A stretch of 64,000 nucleotides of DNA from TPA_inf: Saccharomyces (lineage: Eukaryota), in assembly GCA_000146045.2 (NCBI GenBank), contig BK006948.2:352001-416000 (forward strand). The letters are read 5' to 3'. Each line of letters starts with the position of its first letter. Position 1 is the first letter of the stretch. Below the pieces are notes generated by a model. It did not search any database and was not told the origin of the DNA. It saw only the letters and a list, made by a program, of their open reading frames with translations. Shown one piece after another: positions 19,958 through 31,532 of the stretch. The position numbers and the translations under genes are program-made.

Positions 19958-20797
19958 TTATGTATAAAAATTTCTGAAATGGTGGTGTTCTTCATCGTTC
20001 AGTGAAGGGATGCACTGATTTCTATAAACTTGAAGCACTTTTTGAAACTACTGTTCTATAACGAAAATTAGCGTCCTTCTTTCTATTAAGTATGCATTAT
20101 ACATATAATTCAATATATTCTGAATAGCAAAACGGCAATGAAAAAAAAAAAACACTGAAAATACTTGCCTTAGGCCATTGTGCATGATACGAATATGCAC
20201 AAAACTTGCCTCTTTTTACTTTACGGATCAATGACAACACTCAGGTGTAAGTGATAGTTGATGGCCTTTCAATATTTGAAAGGCTGGAAGATAATTATAA
20301 AAAATCGAACTAATTGCCTATGATTGTTTCATTACTGAGACTATTTTTTCACCTCAAGGGGGTCGTCTGAATTAGCAAAGCCATGGCAACTAGTGCAGTG
20401 CTTGAAGTCACCAGCTCGTTTGGTTTTAGATGCAAGTAATGTAAAGAAATTAATTTAAATAAAATAATAAAAGTTTCTACTTTTTTTTTCAATTAAAAAG
20501 CATAATACAACCAATCAATTTTATCCTATTTGGCCTGACAATGATGATATCATAAAAGTAAACGGTTCCTTGTTTTTATTTTTCTTGCATGCACTTTTCA
20601 GAAGTCTTGGTAGCGCTACTAACGCAAAATACGAAATATTCATTGGCTAATAAACTTGATTTTTTCATTGAATGTCGTTTTTGAACTATATACAATATAA
20701 TTAATGCTACGACCCTAAACTTTTCAACTAACTCTTTGACAAGGAAGCATCATCACTTATTACAACCATAGAATGTTACTTAAAGGACTGTTCTCAT

Positions 20798-21439
20798 CTA
20801 CATCAACAGATCGTCCAAACTTTGAGCAGAATCCTTCTTGATCAAATCCAACATCCCTTCAGGCAAAATAGGTTTACCTTCTTTATCTAAAACGTATCTA
20901 AATGGCATTTCCGTGGCCTCATTTTTATTGAACCTAAATTCAGGGTAGTCAATGAACTTGATGTCTTCAAATGCAATCCTGTCTTTGATAATCAACTGTG
21001 TTGTTCTTATGGCAGTATCCGTAGTCATTTGTTTATCACCTAGTCTTCTGCTAATTAAAAGATTCGGATAGGCAGTCTTTAGTTCTTTGGTACGATCTCT
21101 TGGAGGATGATCACCCAATATGCCACCAAATACGAAATAGTCGAATTTCGTAGCATCCTCCGGCTGTAAATCGATTGTAGCCCTAGGGTCCAATAGACAG
21201 ACTCTGCCATCTTTTAACAGTTCCAAATCCTTGAAATCTTCGTTAATGCCCTTCAAATCCTTTGTAGTCCATCTTAAACCAAGTTTTAGTAGCCTTTGAG
21301 GGATGTCCTTTTCCGTGGTACTCTCTGGTAACGATGATAAAATCAAGTTTTCAGCTCCTACTTCTCTCAGGATTTGGCTATACTCTAAAATGACCCATTC
21401 ACTAAACCCTTCCTCCATATGCTCAATAATGTACTTCAT
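20798..21439 (-). CDS. SFM1: SPOUT-family protein arginine methyltransferase, 213 aa from the second Met.
   Basis: MKYIIEHMEEGFSEWVILEYSQI... The length and position fit. The track ORF extends 8 codons upstream. Confidence 0.65.
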   Translation of the reverse strand: MKYIIEHMEEGFSEWVILEYSQILREVGAENLILSSLPESTTEKDIPQRLLKLGLRWTTKDLKGINEDFKDLELLKDGRVCLLDPRATIDLQPEDATKFDYFVFGGILGDHPPRDRTKELKTAYPNLLISRRLGDKQMTTDTAIRTTQLIIKDRIAFEDIKFIDYPEFRFNKNEATEMPFRYVLDKEGKPILPEGMLDLIKKDSAQSLDDLLM

Positions 21440-21709
21440 CGTATATCTAGAAATAATCTCCACAGCTGTATCAATCTATATTAACAATAGATATGCCCCT
21501 CAACATCTAATAAGCAAAGGGCATTGCTCTTTTACAATACTCGATGAGCTTACCGAAAATTTCTAATCCAAAATAACGGAAAAAATTGAAAAGGTGTCAA
21601 TCCTGTTACCCGCAAGTTGAAGTACGGAAAGAATACAACCTTACACAGTGGAACTATAATAGACAGTAAAGAAAAAAGTTAAAAAAAACTTGTGCCTTGC
21701 GTTTACTGA

Positions 21710-23857
21710 TCAACCAGTCTTTCTTTTTACATATATTTCTGATGCATTTTCATGTTTACTTAAAATTTCTTTTAGGATAAACGCTGCAATATCCGGTTCT
21801 TCGAAATAAGAAACATGTGATTTTATAGCTGATATAAAATCCACTTCTAGCAGACTTGGAGACATAGCATAATCTAGACGTCCGGTGTAATTCAAACCTG
21901 TAAGCATTCTCGTAAGATTTTCTGATAACTTGACCTCTTTTTTTTCTGGAGAAGTTTTTTTGGACTGCAAATTATTTTCATCAGTACCTGGCAAATCTTT
22001 CCATATGTTTTCGCCAAATTCCAAAACTTTAGAAGTTAGTCCATAAGCTTCACTACAATGTGGTAAATAAGTTTGTTCGTAATGAGCCATTTCTTTACTA
22101 ACAAGAGGTTCCATCCTATAAGAAATGGGATCACAGACGTGGTAAACATTATAAATGTCCTTACATTGCGGTCTCTGTACGGTTAATTTTCTCTCCAAGT
22201 CATTGGGAAATTCGGGACGGTCACCAATTTTTGTTCTTTGAATTAACTTTAACAATCCAATTGGTGAGCCAATAAAGAACAGGTTGTCTACTTGAAATTC
22301 TAATTCATATTTTTTTTGTTTGGATAGAATATCAAATAATATCATACTACCCAACGAATGGCCCACTAAATGGACTTTCCCATCAAACTCTGGATTAAAT
22401 TCTTTAAAAATCCGATATGTTTTGTTCAATTGAGAGGTTACTTGTTGTAGAATCATATCTTGGTAGTATGGTTCGACATACAACAAAATATCTAGTAGAC
22501 CGTCAGCCAGTAGCTTCCTCAAGGGTAACACTCCATTTACTGTGACTTGTGACAAAGTCGGTAGGTCAGGATTTTCTATATTTTCCTCCTTAGCATCCGT
22601 TTGGAAACTTATCGAGTGCCTCCAGGTGATGGGTAGCACTTGAACGTTACAGTTGCTTTTATAATCAGGTGCTGTGTTTAATGATTGTAGTTTCTCAGAA
22701 TTATTGTAGATTTTTTTCATATTAGACCTAAGTAGATTTACCGTGTGTGCGAAATTTACGTATTCGTACTTCTTACCCAAAGTCTGACCTATACCGTGAA
22801 CGCATAGTATCAAGTTATCCACATCTCTTCTGTTACTTCTAATTTGTCTATCGCTTGCGCCCGAATTTTTGCCATCTTCTATTTTGCTACTAGCATTAGC
22901 GCCTTGACTGTTATCTGCATTGTTATAGTCTGTTTCCATTTGCTTTTCCAAGCTCTGTGCATCATCTTGATCTTTACTAGCATTACCATTGAACAACTGT
23001 AAAAAGTCCGATAAATTGAAGAGGTTTGAAACTTTCTTTTCTAACTTTGTTTCAATGCTCCTCGATTTGGAACTGTTACTACCATCTGCTACTTCCGTTT
23101 GAGGCGTTTTTGCTGCCTTAAAAGATGTGGATGTCTGTTTAGTAGTTGCGGAGGATGAATATTTGTATGATCTTGTAATCATTGTAGCATTAATCGGTAA
23201 GGATTGAGCCAGATTAGACCTTAGAAAGGCTAATTGCAGTTTTCCTCCATCTAAATCCGATAGTAAAAATGCAGTTTGTTTATTGGCAAACAAAATAAAC
23301 TTGAAAGTAGATTCGTTCTCATCTTTATTGCTGGATCCATTTTTTTGCTCTCCTTCGTTTTCTTTATCGACTGGGTATTTACCTTTGAGCCTAAATATAT
23401 CTTGCGATTCTGCAGGAGGTGTCGTGGTCGGATCATCATTACTGTCGTCGAATTTGAGCTGCTTATACAACCCTTCAATTTCGGAGGTAAGATCACTGGA
23501 CAAAGGTTGATTTGAAGAGTCGAACCACACACCTCTTCGTACTTGATAAGTAGGGCCTTCCCAATAGGTAGGGGACAATTCCATGTGAGAGAGGTCGACT
23601 TTAAACAGGTAATCTTCGTTGACTAAAACAGGCCTGCGTTCTTGACGCTTACTGGCCTTTTCCAAACGATTAGAATCATCAACGGAGAACGGCTTAAACT
23701 TTTTGGGTGAGTGTAAAGTTTGATATGTGGGTAAATAGGGTTTGGAGTTGGGTACGTCTATGGCATAGAACCATGGTACATAAATGTGATTTAACCTTAC
23801 GAAAATGTTTCTAAAACGAGTGCTGGAGGGAAGGCCTCGATGAGTAAACCGTAGCAT
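21710..23857 (-). CDS. DDL1: DDHD-domain phospholipase A1, 715 aa from MLRFTHRG.
   Basis: It carries the lipase nucleophile motif LVGHSLGS and a C-terminal DDHD region. The Ser-rich middle region matches. Confidence 0.75.
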   Translation of the reverse strand: MLRFTHRGLPSSTRFRNIFVRLNHIYVPWFYAIDVPNSKPYLPTYQTLHSPKKFKPFSVDDSNRLEKASKRQERRPVLVNEDYLFKVDLSHMELSPTYWEGPTYQVRRGVWFDSSNQPLSSDLTSEIEGLYKQLKFDDSNDDPTTTPPAESQDIFRLKGKYPVDKENEGEQKNGSSNKDENESTFKFILFANKQTAFLLSDLDGGKLQLAFLRSNLAQSLPINATMITRSYKYSSSATTKQTSTSFKAAKTPQTEVADGSNSSKSRSIETKLEKKVSNLFNLSDFLQLFNGNASKDQDDAQSLEKQMETDYNNADNSQGANASSKIEDGKNSGASDRQIRSNRRDVDNLILCVHGIGQTLGKKYEYVNFAHTVNLLRSNMKKIYNNSEKLQSLNTAPDYKSNCNVQVLPITWRHSISFQTDAKEENIENPDLPTLSQVTVNGVLPLRKLLADGLLDILLYVEPYYQDMILQQVTSQLNKTYRIFKEFNPEFDGKVHLVGHSLGSMILFDILSKQKKYELEFQVDNLFFIGSPIGLLKLIQRTKIGDRPEFPNDLERKLTVQRPQCKDIYNVYHVCDPISYRMEPLVSKEMAHYEQTYLPHCSEAYGLTSKVLEFGENIWKDLPGTDENNLQSKKTSPEKKEVKLSENLTRMLTGLNYTGRLDYAMSPSLLEVDFISAIKSHVSYFEEPDIAAFILKEILSKHENASEIYVKRKTG

Positions 23858-24011
23858 TTCAAGTAATTGTTCACTGTGAGTATATTCAGTGATCTTCAAT
23901 ATTAGGGAATATGCAAAAAAATACAATCCACTTTTTCTTCCAAAGCGACAAATTAGGTCAGAAAACCAACAGAATATTATATTACGTAATTTACTTATTT
24001 ATATGTGTGTA

Positions 24012-25712
24012 CTATGTATGAGAACCACGCAGTCTTGATTTCGACCTTAGATTGTAATAAGATGATGATTTTGCTGCAGGATCAGGACCCTCAAGTTCAT
24101 TAGTCAAAAGGGCCGCTTTTCTTGGTTTCTTGTCAGTGGGATTTGCTCTCAACCTTTCTCTTAAAGGTAAATCTTCCATGGGAGTAGAGCTATTCAAGCT
24201 CAGTTTTCTCTTACGCAGCAATTTTCTTTGTAAGGAGGAGGATAGCACTGGCGGAGAGGGTGGGTCCGTAGTCGTTGTTGTTGTAGCCGTTGCTGAGAGA
24301 GACGGTGATGGGACGTAAGAAGCTTCGTCATCAGATTTGGAAGATTCCTCTTCTTGCTCCTTTTGATATCTTAATTGAATTTCACGTTGCTTCAAATATT
24401 CATTCAAATCATCCGGAGTTTCATTAACCATGTCAATCAGTTTTTTGAAGTCTTCTTTATTTTGGTATAGTTTTTCTAAATGAGGAGTGTTCTTGACAGT
24501 CTTTGGAGCCCGCGTATGGTTCTCGGAGTGGTTGATTGGTGATTGTGGTTTTGGGATTGCAATGTCAGAGGGTAGGTAGTCTTTGTTTGGGTCCAAATTT
24601 AGTTTCTTGAACTTAGATAAAATTTCCGGATCCTGCTTATCATTAGGAAGTAGTTTTTGGTTGTTTAAAACTGCCAATGGTTGGCTTGAATATAGTTTAG
24701 AATGTTTTAGTCGAGTATGGTTCACGATACCTTGCGCGGAAGTGAAACCGGAACGGTCACATTTGGAGCACGTAATTATAACCAAAATGCCGTCATATCT
24801 TCTAAAAATGGGCTCATTATTTTCAGTCTTACCGATGATACCGCTATTGCTCGTCAAACAAGTGCTACTGTAATTACGTCTGTGGTTAAGATGCATCTGA
24901 CTTGGTTTAAAAGGGAGTATCTGGAACCCCGGCTGCTCGTCTAAGGGGGAGATTGAGGAGGAACGAGGTGAAGAAATGCCATCCGAATTAGAGTGAGGAA
25001 GCGAGACGGGAGTGGGCTTGGTTATGGCTTCTGATAGAGATTTAGAACCTGTTAGCCTGTAATCAATTATATTCGAATTTGCCGGACGGAGGGCAGAAGG
25101 TTCTAGCAAAAGCCCGTTACTCTTGCTTCTAGTATGATAATGGTGGTGTGGTATGCGTGTTGTTGACAGATTTCTGTTGCTGCTCGAAGACAAAGGCTGA
25201 CAGTTGATGTTATAATCCGATAGAACCGGGTATGACAGGTTATAATTTGATGCGTTCGTATTTTCCGTAGCCGTACTGTCGTGAAAGTGGCCGCCGAGCA
25301 CGCTATGCTGCTGATGTTGTTTTATTTTGAGTTGATACGTCCGTTCGATTTTGTTCAATAGACCAGTATCCTTATGCAGGGTTTCCAAGAGAGCTAGTTT
25401 TGCGTTAACCTTTTGAACATTTCTTCGTAAGTGCCTAACATGCTTGTGGTTTAGCATTATATGTAGGTTCAAAACATTCTGTATTTCCCCTTTGGCACAT
25501 TCGTACTTCAACCGCTGGGTATTTTCGCTATCCTTGTCCGGATTACTGGTGGCGGTGTCCATTTTGAAGGGCTCATCCATGTTGTTTTCCAAATCCTGAG
25601 GAGACTTTGGCGTGGTAACCTGATAAACGTTCGTCATCTTAGAGGATGACGATGAGGAAGAATTAGGATTATGATGCTGGTGCTGCAGTTTATCTTGGGC
25701 GGGACTCATCAT
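24012..25712 (-). CDS. AHC1: ADA HAT complex component, 566 aa.
   Basis: Length and position fit. A C2H2-like segment [23 protein letters not shown] is present. The N-terminus is Ser/His-rich. Confidence 0.65.
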
Positions 25713-26218
25713 GAGGAGATGGACATATACACAAAGTGTTGGATGAGAAGCGTGAGCCCGAAGAGTAGTGAAATGCCGAAGATCAGGGTGTTTATATGAA
25801 CGAACACTAGCTTACAAATGTGGAAACGGGATCCTTCAGAGGTAAAATGCGCCTTCAGTGGCCAAAGTTCATCACCTTCCTTAGCACGGGTTCTTGCTGT
25901 CTGCTCTTCCTGCTTCTTCCCTGTTCGTTTTTCCCTCTTCCTACGGCTATGCACAGTGGCAAATGCACTGCATGTGTTTCTGTGGCGGGTATCCCTCAAT
26001 TGCGGGTAACAATAAGTAACTCAACATCACGAACGACGTTTATGTTTGCTGTTACCACAAAGGGTAAAACGTCAATAAAAGCAAGCAATGTTATTCGTGC
26101 CAGAGAACTATATCTGGCGTACGTCTTATATATAACACAAGCAAGGGCAAATACGTGGTTAGTGGTGTAAAAACTGAAGGGATTAATTTACATACAACTA
26201 GATCCATCTTTCTCAAAA

Positions 26219-27562
26219 ATGACTTCAGTATCGCCCTCGCCACCTGCCAGTCGATCGGGCTCAATGTGCTCCGACTTACCGTCCTCTTTGCAGACTGAGA
26301 AACTGGCACATATTATAGGTCTTGATGCCGACGATGAAGTTCTCCGGCGCGTAACCAAGCAGTTGAGCAGATCTAGGAGAATTGCTTGTCTGACTGGGGC
26401 AGGCATTTCGTGCAACGCGGGCATTCCTGACTTTCGCTCTTCTGATGGGCTCTACGACCTAGTGAAAAAGGATTGTTCACAGTATTGGTCTATCAAGTCC
26501 GGCAGGGAAATGTTTGATATTTCGCTATTTAGAGATGACTTCAAAATATCCATTTTTGCTAAATTTATGGAGAGGCTCTATTCAAATGTTCAATTGGCAA
26601 AGCCGACTAAGACGCACAAGTTCATTGCGCATCTAAAAGATAGGAACAAACTGCTGCGCTGTTACACGCAAAACATCGATGGGCTCGAAGAAAGCATAGG
26701 ACTTACTTTATCAAATAGGAAATTACCGCTTACCTCATTTAGTTCACATTGGAAAAATCTGGATGTCGTTCAGTTGCACGGCGACCTGAAAACTCTTTCG
26801 TGTACAAAGTGCTTCCAGACTTTTCCCTGGAGCAGGTACTGGTCTCGTTGTCTAAGAAGAGGTGAGTTACCATTGTGTCCGGATTGCGAAGCACTTATCA
26901 ACAAGAGATTGAATGAAGGAAAGCGAACTCTTGGTTCTAATGTGGGTATTCTAAGACCTAATATCGTCCTGTATGGTGAAAACCATCCATCCTGTGAAAT
27001 TATTACGCAAGGCCTAAATCTTGACATAATTAAAGGCAATCCTGATTTTTTGATCATCATGGGTACAAGTTTGAAAGTTGATGGTGTGAAACAACTGGTA
27101 AAAAAATTAAGTAAGAAAATTCACGATCGTGGCGGCCTGATCATTCTCGTAAACAAGACACCCATTGGCGAATCCTCTTGGCACGGCATTATAGACTACC
27201 AAATCCACTCAGATTGTGATAATTGGGTCACATTTCTTGAATCCCAAATACCAGATTTCTTCAAGACGCAAGATCAAATTAAGAAGTTAAGACAGTTAAA
27301 AAGGGAGGCGAGCGACTTGAGAAAGCAAATGAAGGCCCAAAAAGACTCAATCGGAACCCCCCCAACAACCCCTCTACGAACTGCCCAGGGGATTGATATT
27401 CAAGGAAACAACGAATTGAATACAAAAATAAAGTCGTTAAACACAGTTAAGAGAAAAATACTGTCACCAGAAAACTCCAGTGAGGAAGACGAAGAGGAAA
27501 ACTTGGATACAAGAAAACGCGCTAAGATACGACCAACTTTCGGTGACAACCAAGCCTCATAA
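26219..27562 (+). CDS. HST3: Sirtuin (NAD-dependent histone H3K56 deacetylase), 447 aa.
   Basis: It has the Rossmann motif GAGISCNAGIPDFRS, the Zn ribbon CTKC...CPDC, and HGD / QNIDGLE catalytic motifs. Confidence 0.88.
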   Translation: MTSVSPSPPASRSGSMCSDLPSSLQTEKLAHIIGLDADDEVLRRVTKQLSRSRRIACLTGAGISCNAGIPDFRSSDGLYDLVKKDCSQYWSIKSGREMFDISLFRDDFKISIFAKFMERLYSNVQLAKPTKTHKFIAHLKDRNKLLRCYTQNIDGLEESIGLTLSNRKLPLTSFSSHWKNLDVVQLHGDLKTLSCTKCFQTFPWSRYWSRCLRRGELPLCPDCEALINKRLNEGKRTLGSNVGILRPNIVLYGENHPSCEIITQGLNLDIIKGNPDFLIIMGTSLKVDGVKQLVKKLSKKIHDRGGLIILVNKTPIGESSWHGIIDYQIHSDCDNWVTFLESQIPDFFKTQDQIKKLRQLKREASDLRKQMKAQKDSIGTPPTTPLRTAQGIDIQGNNELNTKIKSLNTVKRKILSPENSSEEDEEENLDTRKRAKIRPTFGDNQAS

Positions 27563-27780
27563 ACTTAACTATTAAAATTGAGTTAACGATAAATAATCGA
27601 GGCAGACACCCCTTTGCATAATATATCATCCGTTTAATTTATCTTCCATTTATATACTCATACATATACCAACGGAGATCTGCATGTCCGAGAATACAAA
27701 AAATAGTGAACGAAAAAAATATCACATCGCGAAAGAAAAGCTATCTGATATCTGCAACACGAAAACACAACAGTCGCGGC

Positions 27781-28806
27781 ATGCAGATAGTACAAATTGA
27801 GCAGGCCCCAAAAGACTACATAAGCGACATCAAAATAATCCCTTCCAAGTCACTGCTTTTGATTACGTCTTGGGATGGCTCTTTAACAGTCTACAAATTC
27901 GACATTCAAGCAAAGAATGTTGACCTTTTACAATCGCTACGATATAAACATCCGTTATTGTGCTGCAATTTCATCGACAATACCGATCTGCAAATATACG
28001 TGGGAACTGTACAGGGTGAAATTCTAAAAGTTGATTTGATAGGTAGTCCCAGCTTCCAAGCTTTGACGAACAATGAAGCCAATTTGGGTATTTGCCGAAT
28101 ATGCAAATATGGAGACGATAAACTCATTGCCGCGTCATGGGATGGCCTGATAGAGGTTATCGACCCTCGCAATTATGGTGATGGAGTTATTGCTGTTAAA
28201 AATTTGAACTCTAATAACACAAAGGTGAAGAATAAGATATTTACTATGGATACAAACTCCTCTCGATTGATCGTTGGTATGAACAATAGTCAGGTTCAAT
28301 GGTTTCGCCTGCCACTCTGTGAGGATGATAACGGAACAATTGAAGAATCAGGACTGAAGTACCAAATAAGAGATGTCGCTCTTTTACCGAAAGAACAAGA
28401 AGGTTATGCATGTAGCAGCATTGACGGGCGAGTTGCTGTGGAGTTTTTCGATGATCAGGGCGATGATTACAACTCAAGCAAAAGATTTGCATTTAGATGC
28501 CACCGTTTGAATTTAAAAGATACAAACTTAGCGTATCCAGTAAATTCTATTGAATTTTCCCCCCGTCATAAGTTCCTATACACGGCTGGCTCTGATGGCA
28601 TAATTTCATGCTGGAACCTACAAACCCGCAAGAAAATAAAAAATTTCGCCAAATTTAACGAAGACAGCGTGGTTAAAATTGCTTGTTCGGACAATATTCT
28701 ATGTCTGGCAACTTCTGATGATACTTTCAAGACAAACGCCGCAATTGACCAAACTATTGAACTAAACGCAAGTTCAATATACATAATATTTGACTATGAG
28801 AACTGA
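27781..28806 (+). CDS. BUB3: Spindle-checkpoint WD40 protein, 341 aa from MQIVQIEQ.
   Basis: WD40 repeats run throughout. The track ORF starts 25 codons upstream at a non-canonical position. The first family-consistent ATG is at 27781. Confidence 0.85.
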   Translation: MQIVQIEQAPKDYISDIKIIPSKSLLLITSWDGSLTVYKFDIQAKNVDLLQSLRYKHPLLCCNFIDNTDLQIYVGTVQGEILKVDLIGSPSFQALTNNEANLGICRICKYGDDKLIAASWDGLIEVIDPRNYGDGVIAVKNLNSNNTKVKNKIFTMDTNSSRLIVGMNNSQVQWFRLPLCEDDNGTIEESGLKYQIRDVALLPKEQEGYACSSIDGRVAVEFFDDQGDDYNSSKRFAFRCHRLNLKDTNLAYPVNSIEFSPRHKFLYTAGSDGIISCWNLQTRKKIKNFAKFNEDSVVKIACSDNILCLATSDDTFKTNAAIDQTIELNASSIYIIFDYEN

Positions 28807-28810
28807 TATC

Positions 28811-28850
28811 TTCGTGAAGATTCGTGTAGTATGATAGAACATTCCAGAAA
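28811..28850. promoter_or_regulatory. Heat shock elements upstream of STI1. There is a perfect TTCgtGAAgaTTC at 28811-28823 and a TTCcaGAA dimer at about 28841-28848.
   Basis: nTTCnnGAAnnTTCn arrays sit about 230 bp upstream of the STI1 ATG, immediately 3' of the BUB3 stop. Confidence 0.6.
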
Positions 28851-29052
28851 AAAAATTCAGATTCATCGCTCTCTCTTCGCTTCTCCTCCTTTAAGGAATA
28901 AAGAAAAAATCACATACATAGATTAAGTAAATAGGATCTGCTAGAAAAATTATATATAGATCAATCATCTTATTAAGGTATCTTGTTTAAGCCCAAAAGT
29001 CTGCTCCCAAATTCCTCACTGTAGCTACTAAAACAACCTATACGCAAGAAAG

Positions 29053-30822
29053 ATGTCATTGACAGCCGATGAATACAAACAACAAGGTAACGCTGCATTT
29101 ACCGCTAAGGATTACGATAAAGCGATAGAGCTCTTCACTAAAGCTATTGAAGTTTCTGAAACTCCAAACCATGTTTTATATTCTAACAGGTCCGCCTGTT
29201 ATACTTCTTTAAAGAAATTTAGTGACGCATTGAATGATGCTAATGAATGTGTCAAAATCAATCCATCTTGGTCTAAGGGTTATAATAGACTCGGTGCCGC
29301 CCACTTAGGTCTTGGCGATCTCGACGAAGCTGAAAGCAACTACAAAAAAGCCTTGGAGTTGGATGCCAGTAACAAGGCCGCCAAAGAAGGATTGGATCAG
29401 GTTCATCGTACCCAACAGGCAAGACAGGCACAGCCTGATTTAGGGTTGACACAGTTGTTTGCTGACCCAAATTTAATTGAAAATTTAAAGAAGAACCCAA
29501 AAACTAGCGAAATGATGAAGGACCCTCAATTAGTGGCTAAACTGATTGGGTACAAACAAAATCCGCAAGCTATTGGCCAAGATCTGTTTACTGATCCAAG
29601 ATTAATGACCATCATGGCTACATTGATGGGGGTTGATTTAAACATGGATGATATAAACCAATCAAACTCCATGCCAAAGGAACCGGAAACCAGTAAAAGC
29701 ACTGAACAAAAGAAAGATGCTGAACCACAAAGCGATTCCACTACGAGCAAGGAAAATTCCTCTAAAGCACCACAGAAAGAAGAAAGTAAGGAATCCGAGC
29801 CAATGGAAGTTGATGAAGATGACTCTAAAATTGAGGCCGACAAGGAAAAGGCCGAAGGTAACAAGTTTTACAAGGCACGTCAATTCGATGAAGCTATAGA
29901 GCACTACAACAAGGCGTGGGAACTGCATAAAGATATTACCTATTTAAACAACCGTGCTGCTGCTGAATACGAAAAAGGCGAATACGAGACAGCTATTTCT
30001 ACCTTGAATGATGCTGTTGAGCAAGGTAGAGAAATGAGAGCGGATTACAAGGTCATTTCCAAATCATTTGCGCGTATTGGTAATGCCTATCACAAATTGG
30101 GTGACTTGAAGAAAACTATAGAATACTACCAAAAATCATTGACCGAACATCGTACTGCTGACATTTTGACCAAGTTAAGGAATGCTGAAAAAGAATTGAA
30201 GAAAGCTGAGGCGGAGGCGTATGTTAACCCTGAAAAGGCGGAGGAAGCCCGTCTTGAAGGTAAGGAATATTTTACCAAGAGTGATTGGCCGAATGCTGTT
30301 AAGGCTTACACTGAAATGATCAAAAGGGCACCTGAAGATGCTAGAGGATATTCTAATAGAGCTGCTGCACTAGCGAAGTTAATGTCTTTCCCTGAAGCTA
30401 TCGCAGATTGTAACAAAGCCATTGAAAAAGATCCAAATTTCGTGAGAGCTTATATCAGAAAGGCCACCGCACAAATTGCTGTTAAAGAATATGCTTCCGC
30501 TTTGGAAACACTAGATGCGGCCAGAACCAAAGATGCTGAAGTGAATAATGGTTCTAGTGCAAGGGAAATTGATCAACTGTACTACAAGGCAAGCCAACAA
30601 AGATTCCAACCTGGTACCAGTAACGAAACCCCAGAAGAAACCTATCAAAGGGCCATGAAAGATCCTGAAGTGGCTGCGATCATGCAAGATCCTGTTATGC
30701 AAAGTATTTTGCAGCAGGCCCAACAGAATCCCGCTGCTTTACAAGAACACATGAAAAATCCAGAAGTATTCAAAAAGATTCAGACGTTGATCGCTGCTGG
30801 TATCATCCGGACTGGCCGCTAA
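29053..30822 (+). CDS. STI1: Hsp70/Hsp90 organising co-chaperone (Hop), 589 aa. It has TPR1, TPR2A and TPR2B domains plus DP domains.
   Basis: There are three TPR clusters (e.g. YSNRAAALAKL..., AEEARLEGKEYFTKSDWPNAVKAYTEMIK). The C-terminus has a DP repeat (MKDPEVAAIMQDPVMQSILQQAQQNP). Confidence 0.92.
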   Translation: MSLTADEYKQQGNAAFTAKDYDKAIELFTKAIEVSETPNHVLYSNRSACYTSLKKFSDALNDANECVKINPSWSKGYNRLGAAHLGLGDLDEAESNYKKALELDASNKAAKEGLDQVHRTQQARQAQPDLGLTQLFADPNLIENLKKNPKTSEMMKDPQLVAKLIGYKQNPQAIGQDLFTDPRLMTIMATLMGVDLNMDDINQSNSMPKEPETSKSTEQKKDAEPQSDSTTSKENSSKAPQKEESKESEPMEVDEDDSKIEADKEKAEGNKFYKARQFDEAIEHYNKAWELHKDITYLNNRAAAEYEKGEYETAISTLNDAVEQGREMRADYKVISKSFARIGNAYHKLGDLKKTIEYYQKSLTEHRTADILTKLRNAEKELKKAEAEAYVNPEKAEEARLEGKEYFTKSDWPNAVKAYTEMIKRAPEDARGYSNRAAALAKLMSFPEAIADCNKAIEKDPNFVRAYIRKATAQIAVKEYASALETLDAARTKDAEVNNGSSAREIDQLYYKASQQRFQPGTSNETPEETYQRAMKDPEVAAIMQDPVMQSILQQAQQNPAALQEHMKNPEVFKKIQTLIAAGIIRTGR

Positions 30823-31532
30823 AAATAATACGAAATATAACTTTATTATCTTGAATTCTTTTTTTACTGCTTTTTCATACATACGTACATATAATGATCT
30901 TCTCACTTAGTATACTAAATTTGTTTCATGCTATGGTTGATATTTGAGAAATCGGAACTTGAAGATAATAAGTTTCTTGGGCGAGGGAAAAAAACATCGG
31001 ACCATCTTTCCTGTCGTTCTCCGGATCAGCCCTAGGAAATTTCTGGCCGGAACTCTCCTTAGAAACAAAAAAAATTACGTAATTGGCACAACTTTACGTC
31101 AACAATATTCATTACATCAGAATGCGAAAAAAAAAAAGCGAGAATATCTAAGCTCCATGACAACATTCGCTAAGCTGAAAAAATTAGGGAAATAAACTTT
31201 TCAAATTGCTATGATATAATTTCGTTTCTTACTATGTATTTTCTACGTATATTTTTACACTCTTGACTCTTTCCTTTTTAGTAATGTGCCTGCCATAAAA
31301 AAAGGGAGATGAAGGAAAGAAAATAAAAATGGTGAAAATTAAGCTTTGTTGATTACCTAATACAAGCTGCCTGAAACTAGAAACCATAAATTGTTTCCTA
31401 TCTCGTAATATTTTCGCCACCTTAGGCATCAATTTTCTTTGGAGAAGGGGGGTTGCATCCCCCTGAAGAAGTGCTTGCCATGTGCTTTGAAAACTTTTAA
31501 GATGTTACTAGTACTAATAATTATTCATTATT

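Noticed and set aside
20520-20700. A possible C/D-box snoRNA (ATGATGA box at about 20541) in the YOR020W-A / SFM1 convergent 3' region.
   Set aside because: There is no appropriately spaced D box (CUGA) with a terminal stem, and I cannot support an RNA gene here.
27706-27780. Extended N-termini proposed by the ORF track for BUB3. The same applies to DFG16 (34615), CYC2 (49441), DDL1 (23926), SFM1 (21463), GLO4 (55040), PET127 (9406) and HMS1 (39081).
   Set aside because: The track uses the first ATG, TTG or GTG in the open frame. Family lengths and the first downstream ATG give the shorter, canonical starts used in the feature table.
31447-31463. A GGGGGG-TTGCAT-CCCCC hairpin about 80 bp downstream of the CIN5 stop.
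   Set aside because: Yeast Pol II termination does not use hairpins. A short G/C run palindrome is most likely incidental.
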